44,048 nucleotides of DNA from contig JAAYGJ010000266.1 in the NCBI GenBank assembly GCA_012727745.1, positions 1-44,048 on the forward strand, read 5' to 3'. The notes beneath the pieces are model-generated. The model was not told the origin of the DNA and did no database searches. It was given only the letters and a program-made list of their open reading frames with translations. Both the position numbers and the translations under genes were made by a program. Shown here piece by piece: positions 18,711-27,203 of the stretch (its first letter is position 1; every line of letters starts with the position of its first letter). This stretch comes from Clostridia bacterium (GTDB lineage Bacteria > Bacillota > DSM-521 > Neomoorellales > Neomoorellaceae).

Positions 18711-19432
18711 CGGGATGTTAAATCCATCTCAGCTGCAATCGCCCGGGCGGCAGCGACCGGATCAGGAGAAGCAGTAATAGGACGGCCGATGACCAGGTAA
18801 TCGCTCCCCTCAGCCAGGGCCTCGGCTGGGGTCATCACCCGGCGCTGGTCGCCCAGGGCAGCCCCCGCCGGACGCACTCCCGGGGTAACAATAATAAAAT
18901 CGGAGCCACAAGCCTTACGAATGGCCTTGATCTCCCGAGGTGAAGCAACTACCCCGTCAAGGCCGCAGTCCTGGGCCAGCCGCGCCCAGTGAACTACCTG
19001 CTCCTCTAGCTCCCGTTCAATGCCAACCTCGCTACGCAAAGCTGCCCCATCCAGGCTGGTCAATACAGTTATGGCCAGCAGCAGCGGCGCTCGACATCCA
19101 GCTTTAGCGGCCTCTTCCCGCACAGCCCCTGCTGCTGCTGTTAACATGGCCCTGCCACCGGCCGCATGGACATCAAGAATGTCTACCCCCTGGCGTACCA
19201 GGGCTCGCGCTGCTCCGGCCACCGTATTGGGAATGTCATGCAGTTTCAGGTCGGCAAAAACCTTACCTCCATGCTGCTTAACCATAGCAATAGCAGCCGG
19301 ACCGGCAGCACTGTAAAACTCCAGGCCCACCTTAAAAAAGCCAACATGCGTAGCAAGGCTCTTTACCAATCGTTCACCGGCGCTTAAATCAGGTACGTCC
19401 AGGGCAACAATAATTTTCTCTTTTGCTGGCAT
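18707..19432 (-). CDS. pyrF: Orotidine 5'-phosphate decarboxylase
   Basis: IVALDVP, FFKVGLEF, ADLKLHDIPNTV and VIGRPIT motifs. Confidence 0.93.
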   Translation of the reverse strand: MPAKEKIIVALDVPDLSAGERLVKSLATHVGFFKVGLEFYSAAGPAAIAMVKQHGGKVFADLKLHDIPNTVAGAARALVRQGVDILDVHAAGGRAMLTAAAGAVREEAAKAGCRAPLLLAITVLTSLDGAALRSEVGIERELEEQVVHWARLAQDCGLDGVVASPREIKAIRKACGSDFIIVTPGVRPAGAALGDQRRVMTPAEALAEGSDYLVIGRPITASPDPVAAARAIAAEMDLTSR

Positions 19433-19528
19433 AACTTATCACTCCTCGCTTAATTTAAAGAATATACTCCTGCTCACGGCCTGCGCTTGCAAGCCCCTGA
19501 TAGTCATCTGTACTAAAGATACTACTAC

Positions 19529-20299
19529 CTAACCAGTCAGGCGCCGGCGCAAAAGGTAGAGAGGCGGGTAGAAAAAGATGGCTATAAAGCCCAGCAACCA
19601 GGCCACATGAATAAGCAGGGCTAGGCTGCATTGACCCAGGACCAGAGGGCGTATTATCTCCACAACATGGTAGAGGGGTATTATCCAGGCCAGCCGCTGA
19701 GCGAATAATGGCAAAGTATCCAGGGGGAAAAATATGCCGGCAAAAAGAAACATTGGCGTAATAATCAGGGTGAAAAAATAGCTAAAAGTATCAATCTTGG
19801 GTACCAGCCCGGTCCAGATCATCCCCAGTTCGGCAAAGACTAATCCACACAGGACCAGAACCAGGGGTACCAGCAAGGCTAGAGGGGATTGCACCAGCCC
19901 CAGCAGGAAAATCACCAGCAGGATGACCGACCCATAGAGGACACTTTTAAAAGTACCAAATATCATCTCACCTACAACTACTTCATCCAGGCTGATAGGG
20001 GTAGCTATCAGAGCATGATAGATTTTTTGATATTTCATGCGGGTAAAGCTGTCATAGGTGCACTCCGCCGCCGTAGCCCACATCGCTGATGAGGCAATCA
20101 AGCCCGGAGCCAGAAACTGAATATAATCCATACCGTCGATAGCCGGAATATATTGGCCCAAGCCATAACCCATGGCAGCCAGATACAATAAAGGTTCCAG
20201 GAAATTAAACATAATATTGGTAAGCCAGGTTTTGCGGAAAACCACAAAATTACGCCAGAAAACTTTCCAGGCCCGATAAGAAATCTGCACTTTAGTCAA
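19529..20299 (-). CDS. ABC-2 type exporter permease (NodJ/DrrB-like)
   Basis: Six-TM ABC-2 profile. It overlaps the upstream ATPase gene by 8 nt. Confidence 0.85.
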   Translation of the reverse strand: MTKVQISYRAWKVFWRNFVVFRKTWLTNIMFNFLEPLLYLAAMGYGLGQYIPAIDGMDYIQFLAPGLIASSAMWATAAECTYDSFTRMKYQKIYHALIATPISLDEVVVGEMIFGTFKSVLYGSVILLVIFLLGLVQSPLALLVPLVLVLCGLVFAELGMIWTGLVPKIDTFSYFFTLIITPMFLFAGIFFPLDTLPLFAQRLAWIIPLYHVVEIIRPLVLGQCSLALLIHVAWLLGFIAIFFYPPLYLLRRRLTG

Positions 20300-21212
20300 G
20301 GCCCCTCCCTGTGAGTTTTAAAAACACGTCCTCCAGGGTAGCCGGTCTTAATACCTGGTGGGTAAAATCCAGACCGCATTTTTGCAGTGCCCGCCATAAC
20401 TGGCGGCCCCGGTTAGTATACAGGTAGAGGGTCTGCCCAATCACCTGGGAAGCGAGAAACTCTCCATTTATACCTGCCAGCTCCTCTTTACCCCCTTCTG
20501 GCAACGGCGCCAGTTCCAGGACTTCCCGCCCCACATGCCGCTCTACCAGCTCCCGAGGAGTGCCTGTCTCCAGAATATGCCCCTGATCCATAATCACCAG
20601 CCGGTCGCACAGCTGGGCAGCCTCCTCCAGATAATGGGTAGTCAAAAGCAAAGTAACCCCGCTTTCTTTTAACTGGCGCATTTTCTCCCAGATAAGGTGA
20701 CGAGCTTCCGGGTCTAAACCGGTAGTAGGCTCGTCCAGGATTAATAGTTGCGGCCGGTTAACCAGTGCCCGGATAATCGCCAGGCGCCGCTTCATACCGC
20801 CGGAAAGGTGCTCTACTTCTACCTGCGCCTTAGTCTCCAGGCCGGCAAAGGCCAGCAGCTCCTGTACCCTTTGCGCCGCCACCCGGCGGGGAATATCAAA
20901 ATAGCTGGCATAAAGCAGCAGGTTTTCCTGTACCGTCAACTCCGGGTCAAGGTTATCTTCCTGGGGTACTACTCCCAAGCGGGCTTTAATCTGGCGGCTA
21001 TGGGAAGTCACGTCAAACCCCAACACCTCCAGGCTGCCGCCGCTAATCGGGGTAAAACAGTGGACCATCTTGATGGTAGTAGTTTTACCGGCTCCGTTAG
21101 GTCCCAGGAAGCCGAAACACTCCCCTGCCTGCACGCTAAAATCTATCCCCTTTACCGCCATAAAACCGTTATAATTTTTCACCAGCCCCCGGGCTCTGAT
21201 GACTTCAGTCAC
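20292..21212 (-). CDS. ABC exporter ATP-binding protein (NodI/DrrA-like)
   Basis: Walker A GPNGAGKTT, signature LSGGMKRR, Walker B LILDEPTTG. GTG 21212 follows a GGGGG RBS and lies downstream of a good promoter. The longest ORF (to 21383) would overlap the preceding gene. Confidence 0.88.
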   Translation of the reverse strand: MTEVIRARGLVKNYNGFMAVKGIDFSVQAGECFGFLGPNGAGKTTTIKMVHCFTPISGGSLEVLGFDVTSHSRQIKARLGVVPQEDNLDPELTVQENLLLYASYFDIPRRVAAQRVQELLAFAGLETKAQVEVEHLSGGMKRRLAIIRALVNRPQLLILDEPTTGLDPEARHLIWEKMRQLKESGVTLLLTTHYLEEAAQLCDRLVIMDQGHILETGTPRELVERHVGREVLELAPLPEGGKEELAGINGEFLASQVIGQTLYLYTNRGRQLWRALQKCGLDFTHQVLRPATLEDVFLKLTGRGLD

Positions 21213-21269
21213 TGCTAAATGCCCCCATAGAAATACCCCGGCTATAGCGGGGTTTAGAACTTTTTGCTT

Positions 21270-21298
21270 ATTATACGCTTTTGTAGCAGCTAAAACAA
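21270..21298 (-). promoter_or_regulatory. Probable sigma-A promoter TTGTTT-17-TATAAT for the ABC-2 exporter operon
   Basis: Hexamers read on the minus strand between the stop at 21314 and the GTG at 21212. Confidence 0.45.
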
Positions 21299-21313
21299 GC
21301 ATAATGTTGCGGA

Positions 21314-22723
21314 CTAATAACGGCCGTATTTTTTGCTTTTGGTCCGGGGTTTTTCCCGGGGTTTTAGGCCAAACAGAGAGCACAGGCGTAAGACCAGGCG
21401 CACCGGCCAGAAAGAAAGCTGGCGCTTTAGTTCCTGGCGTTCTTTTTGCAGGTCGGACAACGACCGTTCCAGATCTTCATTGGCAATAAGGGTCGTCTGC
21501 AGGCGGTATTCCTGTTCCCGCAGCTGCTGTTTTAAGCGCGACTGTTCAGCCTGGGCATCGCTGACAGTCTTGTTAAGGGTACCCTGCAGCTGCATCAACC
21601 TTGTCTCCAGGTGGCTGATACGTTTCTTGCTTGTGTCCCGTTCCACCCTTAAACTTACTAGTTGTTCTTCGATCTGGATTAATTCCTGGCGCATCTCCTC
21701 CCGGCGCCGGTGCAATTTTTCCAGATCGCCCAATAAAGTTCTATTTTCCTGGCGCAAATCTTCTATTTCCCGGAGTAACCTGGCTTTTTCCTCATCCTTG
21801 CTTTCCGGCAGGCGGCTGGTACCTGCTTTACCACCGTTAATCAAACTGAACTCTTTGGCAGCAGCTTTTATTTCCCTGGTATCCAGAGAAATAGCAGCCG
21901 TTTCTGCCCCGGCGGCAACCTCCTCCCAGCTGTTTGTATCCCCCGGTTTAAATCCCGGCAATGAGAATTTAGCCTTAGTATCGGCAAACGGATTTTCTTT
22001 GTTGTCACTTTTAATGGGAAACAGTTTGTCCCAAAAATCATTCCTGGGAAGCAACGGGGCCGGTTTTGCCAGGGGCAGGGTTGAGCTAACAAACAGCTCT
22101 GTTTCTTTAGATCCTGGGACGCTGCCTCCCTTGCCTTCTGACTGCTGCAACGCTGCCTGCGATTGACCGTTGCTGCCGGCTTCAGATTCTGCTTTGCCTT
22201 TAGCCCTGGATACAGCTGAAGCAGCAACCTCTTGTATTGCAGCCGACCCTGCCGGCCGTTCTTCCGGTTCAATGTACGCCCAGTGGATCAGGCCCCAGCG
22301 GCCGTCTTTGAGCCGTAAGAAGCGGCCGTCAGTGACCAGTTTCTGTTCCCCAGGCAGTTCTGCCTTGCCTGTTTCCTTCAGCTTCTGGTTGATATCACTT
22401 AACCTCATTGCATCCCCATTAGCCTGCAAAATCCTGTGGGCGGCATCGTTTTCCTTAAGGCCATCCAGGCGCAGGCACCAGAGACCTTTACCTTCACTGC
22501 GAAAAGAAGGATTTTTAGTCAAACAACGGTTGAGATTCTTTTGGACTTTAGTCGGTGTTTGGTTAACCAGCAAAGCCTGAGCTTCCCGGAGCAATTCGTC
22601 CACTGACTGGGGCGAATATTCAAACAATCTTTGCTTGAGAATGTCGGTAAGGGAGTCTAGTTTACCCGTTACCTTTACTTTGGCTATTTTGGGCGTCGGG
22701 ATATTTTTAGTTTTTTTAGCCAC
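21314..22723 (-). CDS. Hypothetical protein: two HARE-HTH-like modules, low-complexity linker, long coiled coil, basic amphipathic C-terminus
   Basis: ...LVTDGRFLRLKDGRWGLIHW closely matches the RpoE-delta/ASXL HARE-HTH signature, and ...NPSFRSEGKGLWCLR is a weaker first copy. The C-terminal half is E/R/Q/L heptad-rich. GTG 22723 has a GAGGTG RBS at good spacing; the longest ORF starts at the GTG at 22732. Confidence 0.7.
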   Translation of the reverse strand: MAKKTKNIPTPKIAKVKVTGKLDSLTDILKQRLFEYSPQSVDELLREAQALLVNQTPTKVQKNLNRCLTKNPSFRSEGKGLWCLRLDGLKENDAAHRILQANGDAMRLSDINQKLKETGKAELPGEQKLVTDGRFLRLKDGRWGLIHWAYIEPEERPAGSAAIQEVAASAVSRAKGKAESEAGSNGQSQAALQQSEGKGGSVPGSKETELFVSSTLPLAKPAPLLPRNDFWDKLFPIKSDNKENPFADTKAKFSLPGFKPGDTNSWEEVAAGAETAAISLDTREIKAAAKEFSLINGGKAGTSRLPESKDEEKARLLREIEDLRQENRTLLGDLEKLHRRREEMRQELIQIEEQLVSLRVERDTSKKRISHLETRLMQLQGTLNKTVSDAQAEQSRLKQQLREQEYRLQTTLIANEDLERSLSDLQKERQELKRQLSFWPVRLVLRLCSLFGLKPREKPRTKSKKYGRY

Positions 22724-22835
22724 AGGGCCCACCTCTTTCGAAAGTTTTAGACATCATAGTGCCATTTATTTCCATGAGGTATTAGACACCCGGGCCTATT
22801 TTTCCTTCCGAAAAAATGGGAATTTATGTCATATT

Positions 22836-23762
22836 TTAGTAATTCGCAAACACTACCCATAGCGGGATGGTTAACATTGATAAAAGGGTACTAACGGCCA
22901 CTGAATCAGAAAGGAGTTTGTATTCACTGTTGTATTTACGGGCCATTGCCGCCGGAACTGCTGCTGTTGGCATTGCCATTTGCATAATTATTACCAGGCG
23001 CACAGCTCTTTCAAGACCGGGCAACAGTGATAGTAGCCCCAGCGTTAATAAGGGAAAAATTAGCAACCTCAGCCCCGCAACAAAGTATACTATCTTATTA
23101 ATGAATATTGACTTAAGGGGTGATTCTGCCAGCATGGAACCTATCAGGAACAGAGCCATAGGTATGGTTGCTTGCCCCAGTCCCTCCAGCGGTCGAAAAA
23201 TAAGCTCTGGTATTCGAATATGTAGCAAAGCCAGCACAAAGCCGAAAATAATTGCCTGAGAATTAATATTAAAAATCTGGCGCCAGTCTAAACGGCGCTG
23301 CTGCTTACCTTGAGCCAACCACACGCCTAAAGTAAACATTAACAGATTATGGCTCAAATTAAACATAGCTGCATAAAATACTCCCAAAGGACCCAGCAGA
23401 ATATAAGCTACCGGGAAACCCAGGTAACCGACATTGGCAAAAGTCGTTGCCAGGCTGAATGATGGCCTTTTCTGTTGTGGTAAATGGAGCAAGGTACCAA
23501 ACACTATACTACAAGCATAAAAAAACAGTACCAGGCCAAAGGAAATAAGCAAGATAGTCCAGGCATTAGCAAGCTGCTGGTCAGAAACCTCAATTGTCAT
23601 AGAGGTAATGGTAAGGGCCGGCATGGTAAAAATAAAAATAACGTCAGATAAAACTTTGTCACCCTCGGCAGTAATTATCTTTTTTTTACGTCCAAGGTAT
23701 CCCAGAAAAACATAAACAAATAGGGTTGACACTTGCGCAGCTACTGAAAAAAAATTGTCCAC
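22836..23762 (-). CDS. AEC (auxin efflux carrier) family transporter
   Basis: About 10 TM helices with a membrane-transport (Mem_trans) profile. GTG 23762 follows a GGAGGA RBS; the longest ORF starts at the TTG at 23792. Confidence 0.82.
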   Translation of the reverse strand: MDNFFSVAAQVSTLFVYVFLGYLGRKKKIITAEGDKVLSDVIFIFTMPALTITSMTIEVSDQQLANAWTILLISFGLVLFFYACSIVFGTLLHLPQQKRPSFSLATTFANVGYLGFPVAYILLGPLGVFYAAMFNLSHNLLMFTLGVWLAQGKQQRRLDWRQIFNINSQAIIFGFVLALLHIRIPELIFRPLEGLGQATIPMALFLIGSMLAESPLKSIFINKIVYFVAGLRLLIFPLLTLGLLSLLPGLERAVRLVIIMQMAMPTAAVPAAMARKYNSEYKLLSDSVAVSTLLSMLTIPLWVVFANY

Positions 23763-23822
23763 AGCCCGGTTCCTCCAATTTTTCGCGTACAAACTTGTCC
23801 AAGTTGAACTGCCGGGAGAAGG

Positions 23823-24674
23823 CTATTCTTTTCTTAAAATCAGGACATTCTGATGGGTAATATTGGGCACAAAAACTGACTTTACCGCATAAGGTTTTAA
23901 ACGTCGGCGGGTAGCCTTGTTAGACCAGATTCTTATTCCTTTGAACTTAAAACCAATCTGGCGCATAGCTTCAGCTACCATAAATCCCAAAGGAATATAT
24001 TCTCCCTGCTGGTAACGATCGCCCACCAGCATAACCAGATAGCGCAGGGGCTGCAAAACGCGCCAGATTTCCCGGCCTATTTCCTGCAGGCGCAATAAAA
24101 AGCTTTCCAGGTCGGGAGCCTGGCCCAAATCCTCGCTCTGATAAGAGTCTGTCATATTAAAATTTGTCTCTTCCCGGAAACCGCCAGCCCCGTGGTTAAT
24201 GCCATAAGGGGGATCAGTAATAACTGCAGCCACCGTTTCAGAGGGTACCTCTTTTAAAAGCGCCAGGCAATCACCCTGGTACATTTGTCCATTTATTGCT
24301 TGGCCGGTATCTTTCGCCTGGCTACGGCGACAGAAAGCACCCTCTGCCAGCACAAACTCGCGTTTTATCGTTTCATATATTTCAACCCACCGGGGGTTCA
24401 GCTCAAAACCCACACAGGGCCGGCCAACCAGCGCTGCACCCAGCAGGGTCCCGCCTACGCCGGCAAAAGGGTCCAACACCAGTTCGCCTTTTTTGGTGAA
24501 AAAAGTAATTATTTCTGCCATTACCTCCGGCGGTTTCATGGCTCCGTGCTGCTTACGCAACTGGTGGGTAGCATCGGGAGGGTAAGAGGTAATATATAAA
24601 GTGTCGGTCCAGTACAGCCACTGGCGACCATCCAGATCATTAAGACGGTTTTTAAGTTTAGCCGCCACCGCCAT
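23823..24674 (-). CDS. SAM-dependent amino-methyltransferase (N4/N6 DNA MTase-like blocks in permuted order; substrate unknown)
   Basis: Motif I LDPFAGVGGT (FAGVGG = nt 24450-24467) precedes motif IV DPPY (nt 24204-24215). RVLQPLRYLVMLVGD and IRIWSNK blocks follow. Confidence 0.8.
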   Translation of the reverse strand: MAVAAKLKNRLNDLDGRQWLYWTDTLYITSYPPDATHQLRKQHGAMKPPEVMAEIITFFTKKGELVLDPFAGVGGTLLGAALVGRPCVGFELNPRWVEIYETIKREFVLAEGAFCRRSQAKDTGQAINGQMYQGDCLALLKEVPSETVAAVITDPPYGINHGAGGFREETNFNMTDSYQSEDLGQAPDLESFLLRLQEIGREIWRVLQPLRYLVMLVGDRYQQGEYIPLGFMVAEAMRQIGFKFKGIRIWSNKATRRRLKPYAVKSVFVPNITHQNVLILRKE

Positions 24675-24897
24675 TTTCCCCCTCAGCAGCAGCTTTTAGC
24701 AGTTCTCTAGCCTGGGTAATCTGGTTTGCGGGCACCTGAATTTCCACCTGGCCCATAGGTCCCGTATTAAATATATAAACATTGCCGGTTGCCTCCCCTT
24801 TAAGGCGCACCAGAATGCCCTCCCCTTGCAACAGGCTCTGGATAAAAAGGGCTTCCAATCGCCCTTTGACAGCAATAGTTTCCCATCGTGGCAACAC
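24658..24897 (-). CDS. DUF2007-like small protein (putative signal-transducing fold)
   Basis: EALFIQSLLQGEGILVRLKG...VEIQVPANQITQARELLKAA fits the DUF2007 pattern. GTG start with a GAGGGGGA RBS. Overlaps the MTase start by 17 nt. Confidence 0.6.
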   Translation of the reverse strand: MLPRWETIAVKGRLEALFIQSLLQGEGILVRLKGEATGNVYIFNTGPMGQVEIQVPANQITQARELLKAAAEGENGGGG

Positions 24898-24904
24898 GTG
24901 TGTT

Positions 24905-25840
24905 TTATCCCCCTCTCTCCTCCTCGCGCCTTAATTGCTCCAGTATCGCAGTAAATATTGGCGGTAAAGGACTGGTAAATACCAGGCGTTCCCCTCGCAA
25001 GGGGTGCCGAAAGGCAAGGTAGCCGGCATGCAAAAGCTGCCCGTCTATTGCGAACGGGCACCTGCGGGGACCATACTTGGGATCGCCTACTAGCGGGTGA
25101 CCCAGATAAGCCATATGCACGCGAATCTGGTGGGTGCGCCCGGTTTCCAGCTTTACCTTTAACAGGGTATATTTATTAAATCGCTCCAGAACCTGGTAGT
25201 GAGTGCAGGCCGGCCGAGAATTCTTTAACGTAACTGCCATTCGCTTCCGGTCAACAGGGTGCCTGCCAATAGGAGCTTCAATGCGCCCCCGGGGACTGGA
25301 CACAACTCCATGGACTAGCGCCTGGTAAACCCTCTCAACCGTACGGGCTTTGATTTGCGCTGCCAGGTCCCGGTGGGCTGTGTCAGTTTTGGCCACCACC
25401 AGGAGCCCTGACGTATCTTTGTCCAGGCGGTGCACTATACCCGGGCGCAAGATCCCGTTAATTCCCGACAAATTGGTACAATTGTAAAGCAAAGCGTTAA
25501 CCAGGGTACCCTGCCTGCTGCCGGGGGCAGGGTGCACCACCATACCCCGGGGTTTGTTGACGACAATAATGTAATCGTCCTCATAAAGAATATCCAACGG
25601 TATGGGCTCCGGTACTGCTTCCAACTGTGTCGGCGGCGGTATATGCAGCCGGATTTTTTCCCCGCCCCGCAGGCGGTAATTGGCTTTGAGGCAACTTTTT
25701 CCGTCCAGGCTGAGCTCGCCCTCACTTATTAACTGTTGAAGGCGTGAACGGGAAAGTTCAGGCAAACGAGCCGCCAGCCAGGCATCGAGACGTTTTCCAC
25801 TTGCCTCCGGGGGTACTTCTATCGCAAAAATATCACTCAT
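24905..25840 (-). CDS. rluD: 23S rRNA pseudouridine synthase, RluD subfamily
   Basis: S4 domain N-terminus, HRLDKDTSGLLVVAK catalytic motif, GRTHQIRVH. ATG 25840 overlaps the lspA stop (ATGA). Confidence 0.93.
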   Translation of the reverse strand: MSDIFAIEVPPEASGKRLDAWLAARLPELSRSRLQQLISEGELSLDGKSCLKANYRLRGGEKIRLHIPPPTQLEAVPEPIPLDILYEDDYIIVVNKPRGMVVHPAPGSRQGTLVNALLYNCTNLSGINGILRPGIVHRLDKDTSGLLVVAKTDTAHRDLAAQIKARTVERVYQALVHGVVSSPRGRIEAPIGRHPVDRKRMAVTLKNSRPACTHYQVLERFNKYTLLKVKLETGRTHQIRVHMAYLGHPLVGDPKYGPRRCPFAIDGQLLHAGYLAFRHPLRGERLVFTSPLPPIFTAILEQLRREEERGG

Positions 25841-26289
25841 AGCCAGCTCCCCTGTTTGCCGCCTGAAGCGAGGATCTGCCAGCATAAAAGAATAACCCCG
25901 CTGACAACAGCCATATCAGCCAGGTTAAATACCGGCCAAATGCGGAAATCAAGAAAATCAATAACATAACCGAAACGCAAACGGTCAATTAAATTGCCAA
26001 CCGCCCCGCCCAACATTAACGCCAGGGCCAAGCGCACTATCATTTGTCCCGGAGGCAAATAGAGGTAAGTAAACACGATAAGTATCACTACCGCCAGGGT
26101 TACCCCGATAAACAACCAGGTTTTATTGGCAAACAAGCCAAAAGCTGCGCCCGGGTTGTTAACGTAAGTTATATGAAAAATAGACTCTATTACCGGTAAG
26201 CTCTGATTGGGCACCATGTTGGTGCGTATAATATATTTGCTAAGCTGGTCAACTGCCAGGACCAATATTACCAACAGAGCAAAAGGCAA
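25837..26289 (-). CDS. lspA: Lipoprotein signal peptidase (signal peptidase II)
   Basis: DQLSKY, NPGAAFG and FNLADMAV motifs. TTG start with a GGGGGGA RBS. Confidence 0.92.
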   Translation of the reverse strand: MPFALLVILVLAVDQLSKYIIRTNMVPNQSLPVIESIFHITYVNNPGAAFGLFANKTWLFIGVTLAVVILIVFTYLYLPPGQMIVRLALALMLGGAVGNLIDRLRFGYVIDFLDFRIWPVFNLADMAVVSGVILLCWQILASGGKQGSWL

Positions 26290-26340
26290 ATTAATCCCCC
26301 CAGGAATAATATGCTTTCAGGTTTTGTCCCAGCCTATAAT

Positions 26341-26360
26341 TCTATGCCTGTCTATGCCTG
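26341..26360. repeat. Tandem 10-mer TCTATGCCTG x2 in the lspA upstream region
   Basis: Read directly. Confidence 0.8.
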
Positions 26361-26441
26361 CAGGCCGGAAGCTGCTAATACTGACCATATCATACCATGT
26401 TAGGCAGCAGGGGTAAACTGTCCTGGCAGCATCTGCCATTG

Positions 26442-27188
26442 CTATTGTCCGGCTTTGCCGCTGTTATCCACCCGGTCCCAGCCAGCCTGGCCAACTTCTG
26501 TTTCTGCCGGGCTGCTCTCGTCAGCGATGTAGGCACCGGTATCTTCATAAAACATGCCGTCAGCACCCTTATAGTAAGCTATCTCTTCAACGCTCTCCAC
26601 ATTACCCTGGTCCTCACTCAGGTCCAGCGGACCGTAGTAGGAACCACTGCGGGATTCAGAAGCATGTTCTAATGTCTGGCCCAGTTCCTGCCAAACATCC
26701 TCCCCGTCATACTGAATTGCCTCTTCTTCGTCAGACTGTATCTCTCCCGGCTCAAAAGTCTGACCGCCAAAGGGTGGCAAAATCACCTTTTCCTCGATAG
26801 GGCGCGAATCTCTTTCCTCCCTTTGTTCCCTTTTTTGCCGACACTCCAGGCACAGGGTAGTTTCCGGGACGGCCTCCAGGCGTTCCAGGGAAATTTCCCG
26901 GCCACAGTCCTGGCAGTAGCCATAAGTTCCTTTGCTGATGCTCGCCAGGGCGTCGTTAATTTTTTGTAATTGGATCTGCAGGTTATCACGCAGTGCCAGG
27001 TCTTTGCTGCGTTCGAATACTTCACTACCAAGATCCCCGGGATGATTGTCATAACGGGACAGTTCCTGAGTAGTTTCAAACAGGGACTCTCCCAGTCCAT
27101 CCTCATTAAGGGAACGGACTAATTCCTCCAGCCTGGCTTTTTCCGCCAGCAGCTGCTGGCGGAAGCGATTGCTAGTCGCCGCATCCAT
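26442..27188 (-). CDS. DksA/TraR C4 zinc-finger protein, YteA/YlyA-like sporulation regulator
   Basis: CQDCGREISLERLEAVPETTLCLEC zinc finger after an N-terminal coiled coil, plus an acidic C-terminal extension. Its position between ileS and lspA matches B. subtilis ylyA. Confidence 0.85.
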   Translation of the reverse strand: MDAATSNRFRQQLLAEKARLEELVRSLNEDGLGESLFETTQELSRYDNHPGDLGSEVFERSKDLALRDNLQIQLQKINDALASISKGTYGYCQDCGREISLERLEAVPETTLCLECRQKREQREERDSRPIEEKVILPPFGGQTFEPGEIQSDEEEAIQYDGEDVWQELGQTLEHASESRSGSYYGPLDLSEDQGNVESVEEIAYYKGADGMFYEDTGAYIADESSPAETEVGQAGWDRVDNSGKAGQ

Positions 27189-27203
27189 TGAGAATACCTC
27201 CTA

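Noticed and set aside
21213-21383. Long form of the ABC ATPase ORF, overlapping the preceding gene by 70 nt
   Set aside because: The extra ~57 residues are not ABC-like. A TTGTTT-17-TATAAT promoter and a GGGGG RBS sit inside the extension, pointing to the GTG at 21212 as the start.
21333-22166. 277-aa plus-strand ORF antisense to the HARE-HTH/coiled-coil gene
   Set aside because: Its S/R/L/C-rich, low-complexity translation is what the reverse complement of E/K/Q/L coiled-coil codons produces. It has no RBS, and the minus-strand frame carries recognisable domains.
26341-26360. Possible CRISPR or minisatellite
   Set aside because: There are only two 10-bp copies with no spacer structure and no cas genes. 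It is kept only as a minor repeat observation.
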